A stretch of 32,000 nt of DNA from positions 5,100,001-5,132,000 of the forward strand of contig NZ_CP042911.1 of the NCBI RefSeq assembly GCF_008065095.1, given 5' to 3'. Position 1 is the stretch's first letter. Every line of letters starts with the position of its first letter. The notes beneath the pieces are model-generated. The model was not told the DNA's origin and did not search any database. It saw nothing but the letters and a program-made list of their open reading frames with translations. Origin of the DNA: Gemmata obscuriglobus. Lineage in GTDB: Bacteria > Planctomycetota > Planctomycetia > Gemmatales > Gemmataceae. Below, one piece after another: positions 9,544 through 18,235 of the stretch. Position numbers and translations under genes: made by a program.

Positions 9544-9820
9544 CTCTAGCACTACTCCGTTAATTCGCCACAACCAATTACAGTGTCGCGATTTATGGCG
9601 ATCTACACCTACAGGCCCGTGCATCCGCAATGGGTTCAAATCCCAGCGATTCTGGCGAGTCCGTTCACGAGAGCAGCAAACATCCCGCTGGGGCAGTGAG
9701 CATTCCATTTGACTCAAGTCCAGATCCTACAAGATGTTCCGTCGAGATGTTCTCTGGTGGCGTGTACATAACACGTTGTAAAATAAGCAGTTGTGGCGAG
9801 GTAACGGAGTAGTACTAGAG
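9544..9820. repeat. 31-bp inverted repeat pair enclosing a 215-bp lower-GC segment
   Basis: 9544-9574 (ctctagcactactccgttaattcgccacaac) matches the reverse complement of 9790-9820 (ctctagtactactccgttacctcgccacaac) at 28/31 positions. The right arm is also the subterminal left end of IS630 copy 1. The enclosed DNA is visibly more AT-rich and contains a tRNA-like T-arm. Confidence 0.55.
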
Positions 9821-9948
9821 GGCGGATCGATGGCTCGACACACCACACTGACGTTCTCCGCCGCCGATCTCGAAGCTCTCGGCGCGAAGCGGTACGCGCA
9901 TCCGGATCCGCGAGTGCAGCAGCGGATGGAGGTGCTGTGGCTGATCAG

Positions 9949-11427
9949 CTGTACTTTCCGCGAATTTGTAGGCCGGGCGGTGATGGTGGTACGTTCGGAG
10001 TAGACGAATGCCGGCCCGTCCGGGAGGATGGCGTTACCACACGACCTCCCAACCCGAACGGACACGGCGATGCCATCTTCGCACACTCCGGCCCCGCGGT
10101 GCCAGTGGTTTTCGATTCTGGCCGGTGCCTTGGATCGGCGCTCGGGCCGGCGGTTGGCGCTGTTGTTCCTGGGGGTGCTGTTGGCCCGCGGGCGACAGGC
10201 CCGGAGTTGCTGGATCCGAGCCGCCGGGTTGTCGTCCCAGTACCGCCGCTGCTACCCCACCGCGGCCGCCGTCGGGCGCCGGGCCGAGGCCATCGCCACC
10301 CGGTTGTTGGTCGAGGTGCTCCGGCCGTTGGTGACCGGGCCGCGGGTCGTGCTCGCGTTGGATGACACCCCGACGGCGCGGTACGGTTCCCAGGTGCAAG
10401 GGGCCGGGGTGCACCACAACCCGACCCCCGGGCCGGCCGGGAGCGGGTTCGTGTACGGGCACGTGTGGGTGGTCCTCGGGCTGCTGGTGGCGCACCCGCT
10501 GGGTGGGGTCGTGGCGTTACCCCTGTTGGCCCGGCTGTACATCCGGAAGGCGAACCTGGGGGCGGTCCGGGCGGCGGACCGGCCCCCGTTCGCAACCAAG
10601 CGGACCATGGCCGTGGGCTTGGTGCGGTGGGCGCACGGGTGGCTGGCGTTGTGGGGGAAGGCGGTGTGGGTGGTGGCCGACGGGGCGTACGCCCAGGGGC
10701 CGGTGCTGAAGCCCCTGCGGAAGCTCGGGGTGACGGTGGTGAGCCGACTGCGCCGGGATGCGGCCCTGTGCTCGGTGCCACCGGCGCGAGTGCCCGGGCG
10801 GCCCGGGCGGCCGCGGGTGTACGGGACCGAGCGGGTGTCGCTGGCCGAGCGGGCCGCCCACCCCGGCGGGTGGAGCACCGGCATGTTCACCGTGTACGGG
10901 AAGTCGGTCGAGAAGCGGTACAAGACGTTCGTGGCCACGTGGCGCCCGGCCGGTGGGGCGATCCGGGTGGTGTTGGTGGACGAGCCCCACGGATGGGTCG
11001 CGTTCTTCGGCACCGACACCACCGCGACCGTGGCCGACATCCTGGAGCGGGTGGCCGACCGGTTCACCCTGGAGACCTGTTTTCGGGATCTCAAACAAGT
11101 CGCCGGGGCGGGTCAGCAGCAGGTGCGCGGGGTGCCGTCGAACGTGGGGTGCTTCCACCTGTGCGCGTGGGCCCACACCCTGACCGAGGTGTGGGCCTGG
11201 AACCAGAACGCCGAGGCCCTGGTGGGGCACCGATCCGCATCCCCGTGGGACGACCCGAACCGGCGCCCGAGCCACGCGGACAAGCGCCGGGCCTGGCAAC
11301 ACGAGCTGTTGGCCCAGGAGATTCAGGCCGTTGTGGGCGAGCACCACGACCACGCGAAAATCCGCGACCTCGCCCACCGGTGCTTGGATCTGGCCGCGTG
11401 AGCGCGGCCGATTCGCGGAAACTACAG
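9949..11427 (+). mobile_element. IS701-like element inserted in IS630 copy 1
   Basis: The terminal inverted repeats are ctgtactttccgcgaat (9949) and attcgcggaaactacag (ending 11427), matching 16/17. The element carries one intact 457-aa DDE ORF. Removing about 1477 bp rejoins the IS630 reading frame. Confidence 0.75.
10028..11401 (+). CDS. IS701-like (IS4-superfamily) DDE transposase
   Basis: 457 aa. The DDE triad context is VVLALDDTPTARYG, VWVVADGAYAQ and RFTLETCFRDLKQVAG. No frameshift was seen. Confidence 0.8.
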   Translation: MALPHDLPTRTDTAMPSSHTPAPRCQWFSILAGALDRRSGRRLALLFLGVLLARGRQARSCWIRAAGLSSQYRRCYPTAAAVGRRAEAIATRLLVEVLRPLVTGPRVVLALDDTPTARYGSQVQGAGVHHNPTPGPAGSGFVYGHVWVVLGLLVAHPLGGVVALPLLARLYIRKANLGAVRAADRPPFATKRTMAVGLVRWAHGWLALWGKAVWVVADGAYAQGPVLKPLRKLGVTVVSRLRRDAALCSVPPARVPGRPGRPRVYGTERVSLAERAAHPGGWSTGMFTVYGKSVEKRYKTFVATWRPAGGAIRVVLVDEPHGWVAFFGTDTTATVADILERVADRFTLETCFRDLKQVAGAGQQQVRGVPSNVGCFHLCAWAHTLTEVWAWNQNAEALVGHRSASPWDDPNRRPSHADKRRAWQHELLAQEIQAVVGEHHDHAKIRDLAHRCLDLAA

Positions 11428-11755
11428 TGTTCAGCCAAGGCGAGACCCAAGCCCGTAGCGGTCAACTGGCAGGCGTCTCGAAAGCCACGGTGGCCCGGTA
11501 CATCGGGATCTTCTGCCTGCACGGGGTGGCCGGTTTGAGGGCGTTCCAGTGGGCCAAGCCGGTCGGCGCACAGGAGGCACATCGGACGACCCTGGAGGCC
11601 GAGTTCCACGAGCGCCCGCCGCATACCGTCGCCGAAGCGGCCGAGCGGATCGCGACGTTGACCGGGGTGCGGCGGAAGGAGACGCAGTGCGCGCGTTCCT
11701 CAAAAAAGTCTCGGCCTGAGGTGGCGTCGGATGGGGGCCATCCCATTGCCCCCGA

Positions 11756-12380
11756 ATGAAGACGATCGACGAGCACCGACAAACCCAGGCCGCGTTCCTT
11801 CGAGACGAGCTGGAACCCGTGCTGGCGCAGGCGCGGACCGGGCAACGGAGCGCGTTCTTCGTGGACGCCGCGCACTTCGTGCCGGGGTCGTTCTGGTGCT
11901 GCGTCTGGTGCCTGGTGCGGATGTTCGTGCGCGCGGCCTCGGGGCGGCGAAGGTACAACGTCTTGGGGGCGTGGAACGGCGTGACTCGGGAACTGATCCG
12001 CGTGACCAACGAGACGCGCGTGTCTTCGGATACGATGGTCGAGTTGCTGGGCCGGGGCGCGGCACGGGCCACCGGACCGACGACATCGGTTCTGGATAAC
12101 GCGCGGTATCAGCGGTGCGCGGCGGTGGAGGCCGAAGCCAAGCGGTTAGGTGTTGCTGTTCCTGCCCTCGTACTCGCCCAACCTGAACGTGATCGAGCGG
12201 CTGTGGCGGTTCACCAAGAAGAAGGGGCTGCGGGGCAAGCACTACGCCGACTTCGCGACCTTCCGGGCGGCCATCGACGAGTGCCTCGATCGCATCCCAA
12301 CGGACCACAGCGAGGCTCTCGCCTCGCTCACGACGCGGAAGTTCCAGACGTTCGACCGTGACTCATTCCTGACCGCGTAA
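11756..12380 (+). pseudogene. IS630-family transposase DDE domain (copy 1), frameshifted
   Basis: AFFVDAAHFV, NVLGAWN and VLDNARYQR are in one frame (11756-12140). LLFLPSYSPNLNVIERLWRFTKKK is in another (12150-12380). Confidence 0.7.
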
Positions 12381-12457
12381 AGTATAAAACCCATCTTCCT
12401 CTTTCGAGGTATCAACTGTGCGCCCCGTGCGAGCCAAGCGCGAATGCCGTCCTGCTG

Positions 12458-13780
12458 ATGTCGCGCGGCGTTGCCATGTTCCAAGCGGTGCGAACCGTCC
12501 CGAAACAGTACCGAACTTTTATGGAATCACTGATGTCGTCCCTCACCCGGCGTCATTTCCTCGCAGCGGCGCCTTCGTTCGCGTGGCTCACCCCGCTCGG
12601 CACCGCACTCGCGCGGGCGTCAGAGAAGACTCGCACACCCGCGAAATCGGTCATCGTACTGTGGCTGGGCGGTGGGCCGAGTCAGCTCGAAACGTTCGAC
12701 CCGATGCCGGGCACAAACATCGCGGCCGGCACCAAAGCCGTCAGCACCGCCGCCAAGGGTGTTCAACTCGCGGAAGGTCTCGAGCGCCTCGCGGATCAGA
12801 TGAACCACGTCGCCCTGGTCCGTTCGCTGTGGAGCCCCGAGGGCGACCACGAGCGCGGCACTTCGATGGTGAAAACGGGCGTGCGTCCGGACCCGACCAC
12901 CACGTACCCGTCGCTCGGAGCGGTGATTTGTCACGCCCTTCCCGACACGACCGTCGATATCCCGCGCCACGTGTCCGTTACGCCGAACGAGTGGCCCGCG
13001 CGAGGCGGTGCGCTCGGCGCGGGGTTCGACGCGTTCAAGGTATTCGACCCGAAAGATAAGGTGCCGGACGTCGCGCCCCACGTTCCGCAAGCCCGCTTCG
13101 AACAGCGTCTGGAAGATCTGAAGGTCGTGGAAGACTCGTTCGTGAAGGGCCGTGGTACGCGCGTCGGCTCGACCGGCCACCGAGACACGATGGACCGCGC
13201 CCGCAAAATGATGAGTTCCGAACAGCTCAAAGCGTTCGACATCTCACTGGAACCCGCCTCGGTCCGGAAGGAATACGGCGAAACGCCGTTCGGGCGCGGG
13301 TGCCTCGCGGCCCGGCGGCTCACCGAGGTCGGTGTGCGGTGCGTCGAGGTGACGCTCGGCGGGTGGGACAGCCACGCGAACAACCATCAGATCACCACGC
13401 GCCTCAAGGGCGAACTGGACCCGGCGTTCTCCGCGCTCCTTCGTGACCTGAACGGGCGCGGCACGCTGAAAGACACGCTGGTGATGTGCGTCGGGGAGTT
13501 CGGCCGCACCCCGCAAATGAATAACCTCGGTGGCCGCGATCACTGGCCCCACAACTTCGCGGCGGCACTTGCGGGCGGTGGGATCAAAGGCGGCACCGTG
13601 GTCGGCGAGAGCGACCCGAATGGCGGAAAGCTGCCCGAAAACAAGCGCCAACCAATCGCGAACCTGAATGCGACCGTACTCCAGGCTCTTAGGATCGACT
13701 GTGAACACACGCTCCGGAGCCCGATCGGACGCACGTTCCCGCGCAGCGAGGGTAAGCCCATCAAGGCCATTCTGGTGTGA
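12458..13780 (+). CDS. DUF1501 domain protein (sulfatase-like fold) with Tat-type signal
   Basis: 440 aa. The likely true start is at 12521 or 12533 (MESLMSSLTRRHFLAAAPSFAW, twin-arginine motif). It has VIVLWLGGGPSQLETFDP, CVGEFGRTP and GRDHWP motifs typical of DUF1501. Confidence 0.85.
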   Translation: MSRGVAMFQAVRTVPKQYRTFMESLMSSLTRRHFLAAAPSFAWLTPLGTALARASEKTRTPAKSVIVLWLGGGPSQLETFDPMPGTNIAAGTKAVSTAAKGVQLAEGLERLADQMNHVALVRSLWSPEGDHERGTSMVKTGVRPDPTTTYPSLGAVICHALPDTTVDIPRHVSVTPNEWPARGGALGAGFDAFKVFDPKDKVPDVAPHVPQARFEQRLEDLKVVEDSFVKGRGTRVGSTGHRDTMDRARKMMSSEQLKAFDISLEPASVRKEYGETPFGRGCLAARRLTEVGVRCVEVTLGGWDSHANNHQITTRLKGELDPAFSALLRDLNGRGTLKDTLVMCVGEFGRTPQMNNLGGRDHWPHNFAAALAGGGIKGGTVVGESDPNGGKLPENKRQPIANLNATVLQALRIDCEHTLRSPIGRTFPRSEGKPIKAILV

Positions 13781-13865
13781 AATACAGTGGGCCCGAATGG
13801 CACTTCCTGGGGCTGTAAGTCGATTCGGTGTTAGAGGATAGGCGCGGGATGTCCGGGTTGCGAAG

Positions 13866-15173
13866 ATGGAGTTACGACCGCCTCAACCCCGGCCCGGACA
13901 TCCCACGATGGTACATTCTACCCGGCCCACGGCACCGAGCCAGATGCGTGCGATCCGCAACCGGTTCGCCCAAGGCGACGGGCTGCCCTTTGCGGATGCG
14001 CTCCCCGAATCGAGCATCGAACCGGCGATCCAGGAGCACGGCGGGGGATGGCGGGACGAGGTGTTCACCCCGGTCGTCACCCCGTGGGCGTTTCTCACCC
14101 AGGTCATCTGTCCCGTCGGGTGCTGCCGGTTGGCCGTCGCGCGGGTCCTGGCGTGGCTCGTGGTCCGGGGGGAGCCGCCGTGCGGGCCGGGCACGGGCGG
14201 GTACTGCAAGCCCGCACCCGGTTGCCCGAGGGCGATTCCACAACTGGCCCGGCACACCGGTCGCGGGTTGCACGACCGGGCCCCCGGGAACTGGCGGTGG
14301 AACGGCCGCCGGGTGCTGATCGCCGACGGCACCACGGTCACCATGCCCGATACCCCGAAGAACCAGAACGAGTACCCGCACCCGGGCTCCCAGGCCGACG
14401 GCATCGGGTTCCCGCAGATCCGGTTGGTCGCCCTGTTCTGCCTGGCCTGTGGGGCCGTTCTGGACGCGGCCCTGGGCCCGAGCCGGGGCAAGCAATCGGG
14501 CGAGACCGCCTTGCGGCGTCAGATCGCCGGGAGCGTCGGGTCCGGGACCGTGCTCCTGGCGGACCGGTACTTCGGGGGCTGGTTCGACCTGGTCCTGTGG
14601 CGGGAGCGGGGCATCGACGTGGTGACCCGGATCCACCAGAAGCGGGCCACGGACTTCCGCCGGGGCCGGCGGTTGGGCCGTGACGATCACGTGGTGCGGT
14701 GGCCCAAGGGGCAACGCCCGGAGTGGATGGATCGCGACACGTACGTGCGGTTGCCGGACGAGTTGGACATCCGCGAGGTCCGGGTGCGGGTCGCCCAGCG
14801 GGGGTTCCGGACCCGCGTGCTGGTGGTCGCCACGACCCTAACGGACCCGTCGATCCGGGCCACGGATCTGGGGGAGCGGTACCGCCAGAGGTGGAGCATT
14901 GAGGTGGACCTGAGACATGAACCCGCCGAAGTTGTCCCATTTGGATAGTCGTAAATCCTTGGCCGGAAACGCATTACACGAGTCCAAATGCGGCAGTAAC
15001 GGCGGGTTCATGTATGAGGAGCGTCCAGGTGACGCTGGGAATGGACGTGCTGCGGTGCAAGACCCCGGGGCTGGTGCGGAAGGAGGTGTGGGCCCACCTG
15101 CTGGCCTACAACCTGATCCGCACGGCCATGGCCCAGGTGGCCCAGGCCTCGGAGCGCCGGCCACGCGAGCTAA
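13866..15173 (+). pseudogene. IS4-family transposase, interrupted by a 97-bp insert and 3'-truncated by IS5
   Basis: DDE context is LIADGTTV, LLADRYFGG and YRQRWSIEVDLRH. The frame breaks at 14916 and resumes at 15014 (MRSVQVTLGMDVLRCKTPGLVRKEVWAHLLAYNLIRTAM). It ends at the IS5 left end (15173). Confidence 0.8.
14916..15012. mobile_element. 97-bp MITE-like insertion with 13-bp perfect terminal inverted repeats
   Basis: catgaacccgccg (14916-14928) pairs with cggcgggttcatg (15000-15012). It sits exactly between the DLRH and the expected downstream LK..L residues of the IS4-family catalytic E region. Confidence 0.5.
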
Positions 15174-16040
15174 GTGACTGTCCCATATGTGGCGGTTGGG
15201 TGGGTAGAATGGTCCATGCGAACCCAATCCTACCCGAGCGACGTGACCGACGAGCAGTGGGGGCTCATCGAGCCACACATCCCCGTGTACCCCGGCGGCC
15301 GTCCCCGCACCACCGCCCTGCGGGACGTCACCGACGCGGTCTTCTACGTGCTGCGGACCGGTTGCCAGTGGCGGTACCGGCCCAAGGACTTCCCGCCCAA
15401 GTCCACGGTCGGGCGGTACTTCGACGAGTGGCGACACAACGGCACCCGCGACACGATCCATGACCTTCTCCGCAAAAAGGTCCGCACCGCCGAGAGGCCG
15501 TACTCGCCCCGGACGACCGCGAGCGTGGATAGCCAGTCGGTGGACACGACCTCCGGCGGCGAGGAGCGGGGCCGGGACAACGCCAAGAACGTGGACGGGC
15601 GGAAGCGGCACATCCTCGTGGATTCCATGGGGTTGCTGCTGGCCGTGCTGGTGACGGCCGCGAGCGTCGATGATGCCAAGGCGGCGGCCGAACTGTTCGG
15701 CCGGCTGGACGAGCAACCGATGGGGAAGGTGCGCCGGGTGTTCGCCGACCGCAAGTACCACAACTACGCCCTGTACGAGTGGGTCGAGACGAACGCCCGG
15801 TGGGAGCTGGTCATCGTCCGCCGCCCGGACGGGGCCAAGGGGTGGGTGAAGTTACCGCGGCGGTGGACGGTGGAGCGGACGTTCGCCTGGCTGGGGACGT
15901 GCCGGCGGTTGTCCAAGGACCGGGAGAAGACGGTGCGGTCGTCGGAGGCGTTCGTCAAGTTGGCCATGATCCACCTGATGCTCAACCGGCTTGAGCCGAA
16001 AGGGGTCGACGCCGAGTTTCAATACCACACGGTGGCATAA
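15174..16040 (+). CDS. IS5-family DDE transposase
   Basis: 288 aa in the ORF track; the likely start is the ATG at 15216 (MRTQSYPSDVTDEQWGLIEPHIP). Motifs are VLRTGCQWRY, SVDSQSVDT, RVFADRKY and RWTVERTFAWL. Confidence 0.9.
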   Translation: MTVPYVAVGWVEWSMRTQSYPSDVTDEQWGLIEPHIPVYPGGRPRTTALRDVTDAVFYVLRTGCQWRYRPKDFPPKSTVGRYFDEWRHNGTRDTIHDLLRKKVRTAERPYSPRTTASVDSQSVDTTSGGEERGRDNAKNVDGRKRHILVDSMGLLLAVLVTAASVDDAKAAAELFGRLDEQPMGKVRRVFADRKYHNYALYEWVETNARWELVIVRRPDGAKGWVKLPRRWTVERTFAWLGTCRRLSKDREKTVRSSEAFVKLAMIHLMLNRLEPKGVDAEFQYHTVA

Positions 16041-16062
16041 ATCCCACATATGGGACAGTCAC
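15174..16062 (+). mobile_element. IS5-family element, copy 1 (889 bp)
   Basis: It has 18-bp perfect inverted repeats, gtgactgtcccatatgtg and cacatatgggacagtcac. The flanks are TAA (left) and TCA (right). It is a near-identical copy of 29951-30839. Confidence 0.9.
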
Positions 16063-17205
16063 TCAGAGATTGAAGCCGGGGCGTTGAGCAGGTCCAAGGC
16101 GAGGTCGGGGCGAGCGACCATGGCCCGGGTTGCCGCCGCCACACTGGGGTGTTCGGTGTTCCGCAACAGGTACACCGCGACATTCCGCAGCGACGCCAAC
16201 GCGCGTGGGGCCGGACCGCGCCGCACCCGGCACCGGTCCTCCCCGAGCGTCACGTCGCGGGTGTAATGCAACCCGTTCTCGATACCCCAGTGGCCGCGCG
16301 AGTAACCTAACAGTGCACCCGCGTCGGCCGCCAACGTGCTGAGGCTGGTGATCCCGTACACCACCTCCACCGTGGCCTTCCCGTTCGCCTTCCGCCGCCG
16401 CTCGAGCCGGAACGCCTGTCCCACACCCGGCCAGTTGCTCAAGTACCCGTTGAGCCACGTGGTGGTGGTAATGGTCCGCCGCTCGACACGCCCGTGTCCC
16501 TTGCCTTGGTCGGTTGCCGTGCCCGCGTGTTCAGCCCACTGTGCCTGAACCGAGGGGGGAAAAGCCGCCCGACTCGGCGGCGAACGCGGTCTCGATGTCC
16601 CGCCGCAGTTCGGACTGGTTCCCCTTGGCGTAGAGGATGTAATCGCCGCCCTTGTGGAGTACCTTCGCGCACACGTCGGCGTGGGTGAAGATGGCGTCGC
16701 CCGTGACCACCGACCCGCCCAGCGGGGGCAGCACGTCCAGCAACCGCAGGGCCGCCTGGTGCTCGTTGGTGGTGGCTTCGACGGTCATCTGAGCGATCAC
16801 CCCGGAGGCCTGGGGGGCGTACGCGGCCAGCAGGTGGGTACCCGGTACCGCCCCGTCCCGGGACCCACACAACCGCTTCCCGTCCAACGCGATGTGGTCC
16901 CACCCGTCCGGGTGCCGATCCCCGAGCCATGCACCGATGATCCGGTCCAGGTGGTCGGCGTCCAACTTCCGCAGCAACCCGGCGATGGTATTGGCGCACG
17001 GCATGTTGCCGTTCTGGAACCCCAGCGCATGGCCCAACCGCTTCGGCCGCAGCCGACCGAACTGCGAGATGGCCTCGGGCGTGGTATGCCCGGCCATCAC
17101 CGCCACCAGGCACAGAGTCAACAGCCCCACCAGCCGGTACTGGCGCCCGTGGCGGCTCCGCGGGTCCGGTAACTCGGCCAACCGCTCGACCAGTGACCCG
17201 GGCAT
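16059..17205 (-). pseudogene. ISAs1-family transposase, frameshifted and 3'-truncated
   Basis: The N-part is 16531-17205 (HIALDGKRL, VVTGDAIFTH). The C-part reads GHGRVERRTITTT...GHWGIENGLHYTRDVTLGEDRCRVR. The frames join at a G6 run (16554-16559). The apparent stop lies inside the IS5 inverted repeat. Confidence 0.85.
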
Positions 17206-17301
17206 TGGCGACTCCCAAATGAGGAGTCGCTCACATACCCAAATGCAGCACCTTGCCCAAGGTCAATCCGTGCGTAGCCCTGGGGCACGATCGCGAAGGG
17301 C

Positions 17302-17868
17302 TTGAAAGCGACCGCCACGTTGTGGCCCGCGATCGGTGTGGCGTTCGGGTGGTTGCATCAGACGGCCCACGTGTTGGGTGTGGAAGTCACATCCGGTGCG
17401 GCGATCCGCAAGAAGCTGGGCGGCTTGTTGGGGGCCATGCCGCGGCACCGTCGTTCGGCGGGCGCGTTGAAAGATGCGGTGCATCACTTCGTGAAGGTCA
17501 CTCGGAGTTACGGGCCGGGCTTGTTCGCGTGCTACGACGTGGCGGGCCTGCCGCGGACGAACAACGACCTGGAGCAGTTGTTCGGCGCGCACCGGTATCA
17601 CGAGCGCCGGGCGAGTGGTCGCAAGGGCGGTTCTCCGGGAACCGTGCTTCGTGGGTCGGTGCGGGTGGTGGCCGCGTTGGCGACGCGGACGGGGGAGGTC
17701 ACCGCGTCGGACTTGGCCGGGGCCGACCGGGACCAATGGAAGCGTGCTCGCGCCGAGCTGGAGGTGCGGCGCCAGCGGCGGGTCGAACGAAGGCGGTTCC
17801 GCCGGAACCCGGAGGAATACCTGAAAGCCTTGGAAAACAAGCTCATCCTGTCAAGTTTGCCGGCCTAG
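17302..17868 (+). pseudogene. C-terminal fragment of an unassigned transposase (IS66-like TNN-x2-E...GRK motif)
   Basis: LPRTNNDLEQLFGAHRYHERRASGRKGGS resembles the IS66 TNNAAERALR...GRK region. No N-terminal catalytic part is present, and the 5' side abuts the ISAs1 element. Family assignment is uncertain. Confidence 0.35.
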
Positions 17869-17878
17869 CTTTTTTCAC

Positions 17879-18136
17879 CTAGTCGAGCTCGACCTTGAGG
17901 CGCCCGATCTGCTCATACAACTCAACCGTCTTGTCCTCCGGGGGTGCGGTGCTATTGGCCGTCGAAGCGAACGCGCCCTCGGCCCCGGCCAGGAGTTGCT
18001 TCTTCCAGGCGTGGATCAGGGTCGGGTGGACCCCGTGCTGACTCGCCACCTAGTTGATCGTCTTGTCGCCCTTGAGGGCCGCCAGTGCGACCTGGGCCTT
18101 GAACGCTGCCGAGTGACTCTTCCGCTTGCCCGCCAT
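17879..18136 (-). pseudogene. IS3-family OrfA (HTH) remnant
   Basis: Not in the ORF track. The minus strand reads MAGKRK..SHSAAFKAQVALAALKGDKTIN*VASQHGVHPTLIHAWKKQLLAGAEGAF...ELYEQIGRLKVELD. It has an in-frame TAG near 18050 and a probable frameshift near codon 6. OrfB is absent. Confidence 0.6.
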
Positions 18137-18235
18137 CGGTTCCTCTTCCCTGGATTGCCGGTGTAGCTTAACCGGCGGTCCAGTTTTCGGGGTCCACTAT
18201 ACCACTGTAGTGTGCGAAGTTGGATCGCGTGCGGA

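Larger units (their letters stand above)
9788..12417 (+). mobile_element. IS630-family element copy 1, decayed and split by an IS701-like insertion
   Basis: The termini are CAGTTGTGGCGAGG (9788) and GAGGTATCAACTG (ending 12417). The HTH codons MARHTTLTFSAADLEALGAKRYAHPDPRVQQRMEVLWLIS (9830-9949) resume at 11427 as VFSQGETQARSGQLAGVSKATVARY. There are several frame changes (about 11686, 11712, 11755, 12145). Confidence 0.7.

Noticed and set aside
9582-9654. Possible tRNA gene (perfect T-loop GGTTCAAATCC, acceptor pairing 6/7 at canonical spacing)
   Set aside because: The D-arm and anticodon arm positions do not form stems, U8 and the G18G19 positions are wrong, and the 49-65 pair is A-G. At best it is a decayed tRNA remnant, so it is reported only as a finding and not as a tRNA feature.
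9945-11538. Several long Pro/Arg/Gly-rich ORFs (9945-10781 -, 10252-11094 -, 10465-11538 +, 10517-11377 -) overlapping the IS701-like transposase
   Set aside because: They are low-complexity translations of alternative frames of a GC-rich gene. Only the 10028-11401 frame shows a DDE triad context.
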